Assembly: GCA_951406725.2 (NCBI GenBank)
Contig: OX597816.1
Coordinates: 14,756,001-14,820,000, forward strand
DNA: 64,000 bases
Direction: 5' to 3'
DNA from: Octopus vulgaris
Taxonomy: Eukaryota
A program made the translations under genes and the position numbers. Below the pieces are notes generated by a model. It saw only the letters and a list, made by a program, of their open reading frames with translations, made no database searches and was not told where the DNA came from. Of the stretch, positions 53,475 to 64,000 are shown piece by piece; position 1 is the stretch's first letter; every line of letters begins with the position of its first letter.

Positions 53475-54801
53475 ATCAGGTCAACGTTGGGAAGAATGAC
53501 CTCCCTTTGCAAATACCAATAGGGCACAGAAAGTGTGCCAATAGCCAGCTGGAGAAGATGTTCTCCCGGGGCTACAAGCTACAGTAGCATCCACCCTTAG
53601 TGGTTAGCCACATTTAAGTGGCAAATATACTTCACATTGTCATGCAGCTACTGTTTATACCTCGTTCGGAGATTTATTATTGATTATCATTTATATATGG
53701 GTATCTCATTATGTATATTTTTGTTTCCAGTTATTTGGGAAATAAAAAAAAAAGAATTTAGCAAAACAATGGCCTAGTGGTTAGGGCAGCGGACTCGCGG
53801 TCGCAGGATCGCGGTTTCGATTCTCAGACCGGGCGTTGTGTGTGTTTATTGAGCGAAAACACCTAAAAAGCTCTACGAGGCTCCGGCAGGGGGTGGTGAT
53901 CCCTGCTGTACTCTTTCACCACAATGGCGGTGCCCCAGCATGGCCACAGCTCAAGAGCTGAAACTGGAAAAACAAAAAAAAAAACAAAAAACAAAACAAC
54001 GGTTTAATTAATCTGAGGTTTTAAACTAATTATATAAATTTATTTGAAATTTTGAGGGAAAGTTTTAATTTAGATCACTTTAATGCAAGTTTGAAGCATG
54101 GAACTAAGGGTTGTCTCAGGTTAGTTGGCACCAAAACGGTTAGTAGGCAGTAATAATAAAATAATAATGCTCAGGTGCACCACAACGTGTCAAAAGTGCA
54201 TATAAAGTATATTTCAACATAAAATGCCCTAATTATCATTGCATAGCCACAGGTCAACATGATAACTGAACAAACCTGATATCAAGGGCAATCTAGCCAT
54301 GGCCATCAGGTCCTTCCTTCCTTTTTCTAGGGTATCCAGCCATAGAAACATTGCCAGATCAGACTGGGCTTGGTGCAGCCTTCTGGCTTCCCAGACCCCA
54401 GTTGCATCATCCAACCCATGCCAGCATGGAAAGTGGACGCTAAACGACGATGATGATGATGATGATGATGAGTAGTTTAATAACTTAGAGAAACAAACAT
54501 AATTTCACTCATTGGACCGTGGCCACGCTGGGGCACAGCCTTCATGGATAGAGTCAAACAAATTGACTCTCTTATTATTTTTAAGTCTGGCATCTATTCT
54601 ATTGGTCTCTTTGTCAAACTGCTAAGTAACAGGAATGTAAACAAACTGACACCAGTTGTCCAGTGATGGTGGGGCATGCACACAGGCACACACACAGACT
54701 GGCACACACATAAAATGGGCTTCTTCCACCTGTCATCTACTAAATGCACTAACAAGGCATTGGATAGCCTGAAATTTTAGTAGAAGACACTTGCCCAAGG
54801 T

Positions 54802-55122
54802 CTTTGTTTTTGTTTTTTTTTTTTGTTCCTTCTCGAGCCATGCCTGGCTCAAAAGGGCTGGTTTCCCAGTTTCATTGGCGTATAGGTTCCCACCTAGATG
54901 GGACGTCGGTCCATCGCAGGTGAGTTGCAAGATGCAGGAGGAAAGAGTGAGAGAAAGTCATGGCAAAAGAGTCAGCAGAGGTTCGCCATTACCTTCTGCC
55001 GGAGCAGCGTAGAGCTTAGGTGTTTCGCTCACAAACACACACATCGCCCGGTCTGAGATTCGAACCTGTGATCCCTCGACCGCGAGTCCGCTGCTCTAAC
55101 CACTAGGCCATGTGCCTCCACA
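54802..55122 (-). mobile_element. SINE family D nested in a family A copy
   Basis: 13-bp TSD ACTTGCCCAAGGT at 54789-54801 and 55123-55135. Confidence 0.85.
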
Positions 55123-55715
55123 ACTTGCCCAAGGTACCACACTGTGGGACTGAACTTGAAAACATGTAATTGCAAAGTAAATTTCTTAACCACATGTCCA
55201 TGTCTCTTTTTGTGTTTTCTTTTTAATTTTCTGTTTTGTTTTATTTATTTATTTATTTATTTATTTATTCTTTTGGTTTTTTTCCAATGATGGAGATAAT
55301 ACCAAAGTATTTTCCTTCACAACTAAAGCTAGACAAACGCCAGAAGATATTATAGTACTATAGTGTGATTTTCTCTATTTCAATTTAGCCTTCACAGACA
55401 GCTTTCCACTTCATTAAGAAAAACAGTAAAATTCTATATGGACCAAATTAAATTCATTAATTGTTAGCGTTAATCAATGCACAAATTGCTCTATAATATA
55501 ATCTGATATATATTCGCAAGGAAAAAAAGTCATTTTAATGAAAACAAATTGCATTACACTCATTATGTACAGAAATGTAATTTAGCATTTAAATGCTAAA
55601 TTTGTTATAATTACCAATCTTCCAGACAACTTACTCGAACAAAAAGACAAAAAGAAATAAATAAAAGCCAATAATAAAGAAAAGCAAAAAAAAAATAATT
55701 GTATTAAATACTTAC

Positions 55716-55782
55716 ATCTCCGGTTGTTGCTACATGCCCAGTGATGCCAATATTAATTGGATATCTTGGTTCTCTTGACAAC
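55716..55782 (-). CDS. PDE11A: PDE11-like phosphodiesterase, first exon visible in window (GAF-B: xLSREPRYPINIGITGHVATTGD)
   Basis: Pyrimidine tract + TAG acceptor; GTAAGT donor; 67 nt (phase 2 to 0); GITGHVATTG is a typical GAF motif; splices in frame to the next exon. Confidence 0.9.
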
Positions 55783-56049
55783 CTATACCAGTAGCAAACG
55801 AGAAACAAGGAAACAAGTAAGAATAAATTAACAAATTTCACACAGAAACAGCCAATAACAGTAAAGACCATGGATTAACCTTTCGTTGTCCAAATGACAT
55901 TTCAACATAAGATGCCCTCATTGTTAGTGCATAGCCACAGGTCAACGTGATAACTGAACAAACTTGATATCAAGGGCAATCTAGCCGTGGCCATCAGGTC
56001 CTTCTTTCCTTTTTCTTTTTTCAAAGGCATCAAGCACAAATATCCTATG

Positions 56050-58580
56050 TGTCCTTGGGAGTAGCCACTTTGTCCTTAAACATATTCAAAGTGTCTTTGG
56101 ATACTTCTAATATCTTCCGACTTATCCAATTGTCCTTGAATAATTCTAGTATGCCCTTGAACATACCCAGTGTATCCTTGAATAATTCTATTGTGACCTT
56201 GAACATACACAGTGAGTCCTTGAATAATTCTAGTATGTCCTTGAACATACCCAGTGTGTCCTTGAATAATTCTATTGTGACCTTGAACATACACAGTGAG
56301 TCCTTGAATAATTCTAGTATGCCCTTGAACATACCCAGTGTATCCTTAAATAATTCTAGTATGCCCTTGAACATACCCAGTGTATCCTTAAATAATTCTA
56401 GTAAGCCCTTGAACATACCCAGTGTGTCCTTAAATAATTCTAGTAAGCCCTTGAACATACCCAGTGTGTCCTTGAATAAATCTAGTATGCCCTTGAACAT
56501 ACCCAGTGTATCCTTAAATAATTCTAGTAAGCCCTTGAACATACCCAGTGTGTCCTTGAATAATTCTAGTATGCCCTTGAACATACCCAGTGTATCCTTA
56601 AATAATTCTAGTATGCCCTTGAACATACCCAGTGTATCCTTAAATAATTCTAGTATGCCCTTGAACATACCCAGTGTGTCCTTGAATAAATCTAGTATGC
56701 CCTTGAACATACCCAGTGTATCCTTAAATAATTCTAGTAAGCCCTTGAACATACCCAGTGTGTCCTTGAATAATTCTAGTATGCCCTTGAACATACCCAG
56801 TGTATCCTTAAATAATTCTAGTATGCCCTTGAACATACCCAGTGTATCCTTAAATAATTCTAGTATGCCCTTGAACATACCCAGTGTGTCCTTGAATAAT
56901 TCTAGTAAGCCCTTGAACATACCCAGCATGTCATTGAATAATTCTAGTAAGCCCTTGAACATACCCAGTGTGTCCTTGAATAATTCTAGTATGCCCTTGA
57001 ACATACCCAGTGTGTCCTTGAATAATTCTAGTATGCCCTTGAACATACCCAGTGTGTCCTTGAATAATTCTAGTAGGCCCTTGAACATACCCAGTGAGTC
57101 CCTGAATAATTCTAGTAAGCCCTTAAATATACCCAGTGTGTCCTTGAATAATTCTAGTAAGCCCTTGAACATACCCAGTGTGTCCTTGAATAATTCTAGT
57201 ATGCCCTTGAACATACCCAGTGTGTCCTTGAATAATTCTAGTAGGCCCTTGAACATACCAAGTGAGTCCCTGAATAATTCTAGTAAGCCCTTAAATATAC
57301 CCAGTGTGTCCTTAAATAATTCTAGTATGCCCTTGAACATACCCAGTGAGTCCTTGAATCCTTCTAGTAAGCCCTTAAATATACCCAGTGTGTCCTTGAA
57401 TAATTCTAGTAAGCCCTTGAACATACCCAGCGTGTCCTTGAATAATTCTAGTAAGCCCTTAAATATACCCAGTGTGTCCTTAAATAATTCTAGTAAGCCC
57501 TTAAATATACCCAGTGTGTCCTTAAATAATTCTAGTATGCCCTTGAACATACCCAGTGAGTCCTTGAATAAATTCTAGTATGCCCTTGAACATACCCAGT
57601 GTATCCTTAAATAATTCTAGTAAGCCCTTGAACAAACCCAGTGTGTCCTTGAATAATTCTAGTATGCCCTTGAACATACCCAGTGTATCCTTGAATAATT
57701 CTAGTAAGCCCTTGAACATACCCAGTGTGTCCTTAAATAATTCTAGTATGCCCTTGAACATACCCAGTGTATCCTTGAATAAATCTAGTATGCCCTTGAA
57801 CATACCCAGTGTATCCTTAAATAATTCTAGTAAGCCCTTGAACAAACCCAGTGTGTCCTTGAATAATTCTAGTATGCCCTTGAACATACCCAGTGTATCC
57901 TTGAATAATTCTAGTAAGCCCTTGAACATACCCAGTGTGTCCTTGAATAATTCTAGGAAGCCCTTGAACATACCCAGTGTGTCCTTGAATAATTCTAGTA
58001 TGCCCTTGAACATACCCAGTGTGTCCTTAAATAATTCTAGTATGCCCTTGAACATACCCAGTGTGTCCTTAAATAATTCTAGTATGCCCTTGAACATACC
58101 CAGTGTATCCTTGAATAATTCTAGTATGCCCTTGAACATACCCAGTGTGTCCTTGAATAATTCTAGTAAGCCCTTGAACATACCCAGTGTGTCCATAAAT
58201 AATTCTAGTATGCCCTTGAACATACCCAGTGTATCCTTGAATAATTCTAGTATGCCCTTGAACATACCCAGTGTATCCTTGAATAATTCTAGTAAGCCCT
58301 TAAATATACCCAGTGTGTCCTTGAATAATTCTAGTAAGCCCTTGAACATACCCAGTGTGTCCTTAAATAATTCTAGTATGCCCTTGAACATACCCAGTGT
58401 GTCCTTAAATAATTCTAGTATGCCCTTGAACATACCCAGTGTGTCCTTGAATAATTTTAGTATACCCTTGAACATACCCAGTGTGTCCTGAATAATTTTG
58501 ATATTCAGTATGTCCTTGGCTATATCCAATGTCTAATATCCAATATGTCCTTGAACACATTCAGTGTATCCTTGGACAAA
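56050..58580. repeat. 42-bp minisatellite (two 21-bp subunits), about 56 units
   Basis: Unit ccttgaacatacccagtgtgt-ccttgaataattctagtatgc; degenerate edges; one extra A near 57570. Confidence 0.95.
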
Positions 58581-60478
58581 TTTAATATTCAAAAGTGTCC
58601 ATCCATTTCTTTAAGACAATAAGGCATGAAAAGAGTGAGACTGGCTGCTACTTCTAGCAAGGCAAGCAATCACATACAGGCATCCTTAATGGCTCAAAAA
58701 TACTTCAGTGGATGGCAGACATGCAATGCAGCATCAAGTGTTTGATGGACAGTTTCGGTTATCTAGATTTAATTACCATTTGAAAAACACTTCGTTAATG
58801 TCATGAATGGTCAGCGGAAGGTAAAACAGTAATGACGTATGTGACTGTAACTAATTGCCAGATGTAAACCCGATCACAAACTTAATTTGAAAGATAATAA
58901 TAATCCGTTCAGTCTTTGTCACAAAAGCAATCAAGCTTCAAAACGGTAGTACATTTACAGTTCAGTTCAATAAAACAACTTATTAATCTAGAAATAATTG
59001 TTACTCAGACATAAACTTCAAAGCTACGGCTACAGACCTCATCAGTAATTATAACAGTAAGAGTTTCTGATGCTAACACAAAGCCACAATTGATTAATTC
59101 AACCCCACAATGTGATTTGTATTTTATCAACACCTCACTTATCTGCCACCACCCTCGATGCTGTCACATATCAACTGCAGCTCCTACTCACAAGCCTCTC
59201 CTATAGCCGTTCAAGAATTTGGACCTGGAGATCTCCATTTCCAGCGACTTCGAGGGTCACCTCCCAGTGGTGTCGGGCGTCAATGAAGACGACCAAAGTG
59301 TTTTTTTCCCAAGGTCTGGGGTCTCCCGCCCCTAAGCCCTAGACCATCACCTAATCACCCTTACCCGTCTTGTTGCTTAACAACAACAACAGCTTCTCAT
59401 ATATATTTCTTTACTACCCACAAGGGGCTAAACACAGAGGGGACAAACAAGGACAGACAAAGGGATTAAGTCAATTACATCAACCCCAGTGCGTAACTGG
59501 TACTTAATTTATCAACCCCGAAAGGATGAAAGGCAAAGACGACCTCGGCGGAATTTGAACTCGGAAGGTAACGACAGTCGAAATACGGATACGAATTTCG
59601 CCCGGCGTGCTAACGTTTCTACCAGCTCACCATGTCAGTCCATCATTTGCAACAGTTACCTCTTTCCTGCCCACACACCCAGTCCAAATATCAGTATCAC
59701 CTCACTTAGTCTCACCACCACAAATGTCCCTTGAGGGCACATCTCAACACCCCTTCACCATCATCTCTCTCACAACTGCTCTCTTTATCTTCCTCACTAG
59801 CTTGCTCCTCTTTCCCTTCCAATGGGAGGTGGGGTAGCCATGTATCTCCTCTGCAGCAAGACACCTATTTTTGTCCTTTAATCTCCCAACTGGCACAAAC
59901 CCACTCTTCACTCCCCACAAGCAGCCAAGGAGCTTTGCCTTGCAAGTTGCTTGGTGACCACATCAGTGTTGGTGACATAAAGAGCAGCCAGTATGCTTTG
60001 TAAGATGATTGGTGTTAAGAACCGTTAGCATACTGGGCAAAATGCGGTGAGCTGGCAGAATCGTTAGCAAAGGCGGCGAGCTTGTAGAATCATTAGCACG
60101 CCATGCCAAATGCTTAGCAGTATTTCATCTGCTGCTACGTTTTGAGTTCAAATTCCGCCAAGGTCGACTTTGCCTTTCATCCTTTCGGGGTCGATTAAAT
60201 AAGTACCAATTACACACTGGGGTCGATATAAACGACTTAATCCCGTCGTCTATCCTTGTCTGTCCCCTGTATGTTTAGCACCCTGTGGGCAATAAAGAAA
60301 TAATTTCTAATGATCTACACCGACTTCTTTTTAATTGATTTTGAAACTAATGAAGGATTTAATTTAGATCACTTTAAACAGGAGGTTTGTATCTCAAAAC
60401 CAGGAACAATCACAGACAGATCAGTATCGAAAGGGTCAAACATTAAAAGTTCTTTGATATTTTGTCATCTATTTCAAT

Positions 60479-60654
60479 AGGCGTAGGAGTGGCGGTGTGG
60501 TAAGTAGCTTGCTTACCAACCACATGGTTCCGGGCTCAGTCCCACTGCGTGGCACCTTGGGCAAGTGTCTTCTACTATAGCCTCGGGCCGACCAAAGCCT
60601 TGTGAGTGGATTTGGTAGTCAGAAACTAAAAGAAGCCCATCGTATATATGTATA

Positions 60655-60694
<40 letters not shown>

Positions 60695-60920
60695 TGTATA
60701 TGTTTGTGTGACTGTGTTTGTCCCCCCCCCCCCCAACATCACTTGACAACCAATGCTGATGTGTTTACATCCCCGTAACTTAGCGGTTCAGCAAAATAGA
60801 CCGATGGAATAAGTACCAGGCTTACAAAGAATAAGTCCTGGGGTCGATTTGCTCGACTAAAGGTGGTGCTCCAGCATGGCCCCAGTGAAATGACTGAAAC
60901 AAGTAAAAGAGTAAAAGAGA
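60479..60920 (+). mobile_element. SINE family A, full-length copy
   Basis: Complete head-to-tail match to the family consensus. Confidence 0.88.
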
Positions 60921-61489
60921 GGTAACTCATGTCCTCAAAGTCAAATACAGGCCATGTATAAGTGATCCCTTACATGAAAAACAGGCAAATTAGCGTCAGG
61001 AAGGGCATCCACTTGTAAGACAATGCTTCATGTAACATAGTCATCTACTCACCCAACCCATGCAAGCATTGAAAAACAGCTGTAAAATTAACAATATTTT
61101 TGATGAGGAAGAAGAAAATGATAAAAAGATTTTAAATATATTCAAGTGAATTGCTTCGAATACGAGATTACCAAAGTAGAGTTAGATTTTATTCTTTTAA
61201 TATAAAGAAGAGGAAACCACTTTATTAAAAAATCAAACATCAATTCAGAGAAGAGACAAGCAGCCATCGGTTGAGAGATAAGTAGAAAAATAAAAGACTT
61301 AGAGAAATAAAGCAGCTTATACTTAAAAGAAGACCCATTCAGTGAGGTGTAGTCGTATATAACTAATACACCTCTGTATCGTAGAAGCAATTGAAGAAAT
61401 GACACAGAAAATAGTATACAATTGACTGACAAGGTGATCCAACCGTAACACATACATATACAAACATATACAGACATATATCTGAATGT

Positions 61490-61927
61490 GTCGTCATCAT
61501 GTGTGTGTCAGTGTGTATGTGTATATATATATATATATATGCATATATATATACACATATATAACATATATATATACATACATATACACATATATAACAT
61601 ATATATACTTACATATACATACGTGTATACATATCTATAGATACACATATGTATACACACACACACACACACACATATGTATGCACATGTATACACATAC
61701 ATAGATCTACCTACACACGTACATACATCCACATATATGTATGTATACATATACACATACATAAATCTACATACATTTATCTAAATATATGTATGCATAC
61801 ATATACTCATACATAAATCTACATACATATATCTAAATATATGTATGTATACATATACTCATACATAAATCTACATACATACATCTACATATATGTATGT
61901 ATACATATACACATACATAAATCTACA

Positions 61928-61960
<33 letters not shown>

Positions 61961-61981
61961 GTGCGTGTGTGTATATATATA

Positions 61982-62013
<32 letters not shown>

Positions 62014-62030
62014 CACACACCCACACATAT
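61490..62030. repeat. (TA)/(CA)-rich low-complexity tract with short higher-order repeats
   Basis: Directly visible. Confidence 0.9.
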
Positions 62031-62084
62031 TTGTGGGGGGGAGGGGCAGATGAGCAGGAACAATAAATACTAAGAACACAGGAA

Positions 62085-62690
62085 ATAGATTTTCTCAAAT
62101 ACTCAGGAGAATCCTTAGATGTAGTAGATAGATTCTGTTACCAAGGCAACCTAATTAGCATTGGAGGAAGCTCTAAAAGTATAGCTGCTAGAATAAGAAT
62201 CATCTGGCGAAAATTCAGAGAATTACTACATCGCTTCTTTTGGTAACAAAAGACCTTTCTCTCAGAGTGAAAGGCAGTTTGTATGGAGTTTGTGTATGAA
62301 CAGCAATGTTACATGGTTGCAGAACATGGGTTTGTGAATGCAGAAGACATGCGAAGGCTTGAAAGAAAGGAAGCTTGCATGCTCTACTGGATGTGCAATG
62401 TTAGGGTCCATGTGTTTAGATATAGAACTGAAAGTACAAATATGTTGAGAGAAAAAAGTGGGCCACAATGGAAAGAAAAGACTGCATTGGTTTGGTTATG
62501 TGATAAGTATGGAAGAGGGCAACTACATAAAAAAGTGATAGTCACTAAATGTGGATGGAACCTGTGGTAGACATGGGACACAGTGAAAGATGATTTGTGG
62601 GTGCTGAGCCTCAAAGAGGAGATGATAAAGAAGCAGCAGTTTTGGTAATTTACTGTGCTGGAGAAGATTTGTCCATTTAAGCAAAAACAA
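62085..62690 (+). pseudogene. Degenerate RTE ORF fragment
   Basis: Frameshifted LDVVDRFCY..IAARIRIIWRKFRELL / RVKGSLYGVCV*TAMLHG, homologous to the 23.8-kb RTE. Confidence 0.8.
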
Positions 62691-62949
62691 GGCCCTAAAA
62701 GCCTATCATATTTGTCTATGCCCCTTCATCCTATCTGTTCTTGGTGAATCTTTCCCCACCAATCCTTTCATCACTCTCCTGACTACTGCACTAATCATTC
62801 AGCTGTTGTAATTATGTGGGAGCAGAACTACATATATTTCATCCCCCTGCCTCTCTACATTCCTGAAACCACTTCCTTTTTCTTGTGCATTCTCAATATC
62901 ATCCATTACCACCTTTTCTACTTCCTTCTTTCCCCTGTATGGTCACCAT

Positions 62950-63445
62950 AGGGTCTTGATCATATGCCACTGCCACCTTGAGGCCCAATGCTTGAATGGT
63001 GCATTTTATGTGCCACCAGCACAGGTGCCAGTCTGACGGCACTAGCATTGGCCATGACTACAATTTCATTCGGTTCAGTAGATCTTCATAAGGACAGCAT
63101 AACACCCAGCAACTCAAGGGTGCTTTTAACAGGCCAGTTAAACAACAATGGCATCGGCCATGACCATAGTCTCACTTGGCTTGACAGATCTTCTCAAGCA
63201 TGGCATATCTCCAATGATCTTTGGTCACGTGCCATTGCCTATGTGAGGCCCAACATTCAAAGATTGTGTTTCACAACCTAATTCCATGTCTTCCTGGGTC
63301 TGCCTCTGCCACAGGTTCCTTTCACCGTTATAGTGCAACACTTCTCCACACAGCTGTCCTCATGCATACGCATCACATGACCATACCGACGCAGTTGTTT
63401 CTCTTGTACACCACATCTGATGCTTCTTATGTCCAGCTGGGTGAT
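62950..63445 (-). pseudogene. Degenerate RTE ORF C-terminus + 3'UTR
   Basis: LDIRSIRCGVQEKQLRRYGHVMRMHEDSCVEKC...GRGRPRKTW. Confidence 0.85.
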
Positions 63446-64000
63446 ATTTAAAACTGACCACACCTCTACCCATGTCCACCACAATATATCTCCCTCTATC
63501 CATCTACCACTCCTGCCACACTCACAAACTCACTGAACTGCCCACACACTCTGTCCATCTTTTGGACCACTTCTCTTATATTCACTCCTTGTAACATGAG
63601 AGTGAAGGTGTGTCAGAACACACCTTCACCACCATCTTTGCTTTTTCAACAGGTGTAACTATGTATCACCCCTCCATTAAGACACCTGTTCCTGTCCTTT
63701 GATCATACTTTAACCTCTCGTTACCTGGCATAAAGCCACCTCTTTCAAAACTGCCATTATCCACTTAAAGGTTTTTTTATTGTGAATTACTTGGTGATGC
63801 CACGTAAAAAGCACCCAGAAATCTCTGTAGGGTGGTTAATATTAGGAAGGCATCCAACCACAGAAACTACATCAAAGTAGGCAATGTAGCTTGGTGCAAT
63901 CCTCACTGTAACTGTTCAACCTATGTGAGCATGAAATAAGGATGCTAAATGATGAAGATAATATGTATATATATATACGTACATACATACAGACATACAT

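Larger units (their letters stand above)
52789..53682 (+). mobile_element. Tandem array of about 3 x 249-bp hammerhead-containing units (retrozyme-like non-autonomous retroelement) with a structured 3' tail
   Basis: Unit starts at 52863, 53112 and 53361, each with one HHR. A 56-bp tail segment is repeated at 52789-52844 and 53627-53682 (4 mismatches). Confidence 0.85.

Noticed and set aside
52824-53522. 232-aa repetitive ORF
   Set aside because: Arises from the 249-bp (83-codon) unit; no protein motif; RNA structure explains the sequence better.

Overview
AT-rich, repeat-dense animal genomic DNA. The SINE/RTE repertoire looks like Octopus (inference from family resemblance, not a database search). 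The whole window lies inside one minus-strand gene. Six GT-AG exons splice in frame into the second GAF domain and the start of the catalytic domain (YHNWRHAF) of a PDE5/6/11-family cyclic-nucleotide phosphodiesterase, most like PDE11. Introns are 4.6-27 kb. They are filled with tRNA-derived SINEs, RTE, R4/Dong-like and Tx1-like LINE fragments, a mariner fossil, Helitron/Helentron and MITE relics, and mini/microsatellites. Almost all ORF-track entries are repeat artefacts. The main hidden signal is a set of about 10 type I hammerhead-ribozyme (HHR) motifs in at least five unrelated repeat contexts. (i) A tandem array of 249-bp units, each with one HHR (retrozyme-like), at 52.8-53.7 kb, plus a strongly diverged homologue at 3.6-3.9 kb with compensatory base-pair changes. 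(ii) A tRNA-headed SINE whose 3' part carries an HHR, possibly mobilised by a Penelope-like element. (iii) A 148-bp fold-back with an HHR in each arm. (iv) Degenerate HHR relics. There is also a 2.4-kb 42-bp minisatellite that is open on both strands and has an amphipathic heptad reading on the gene strand.
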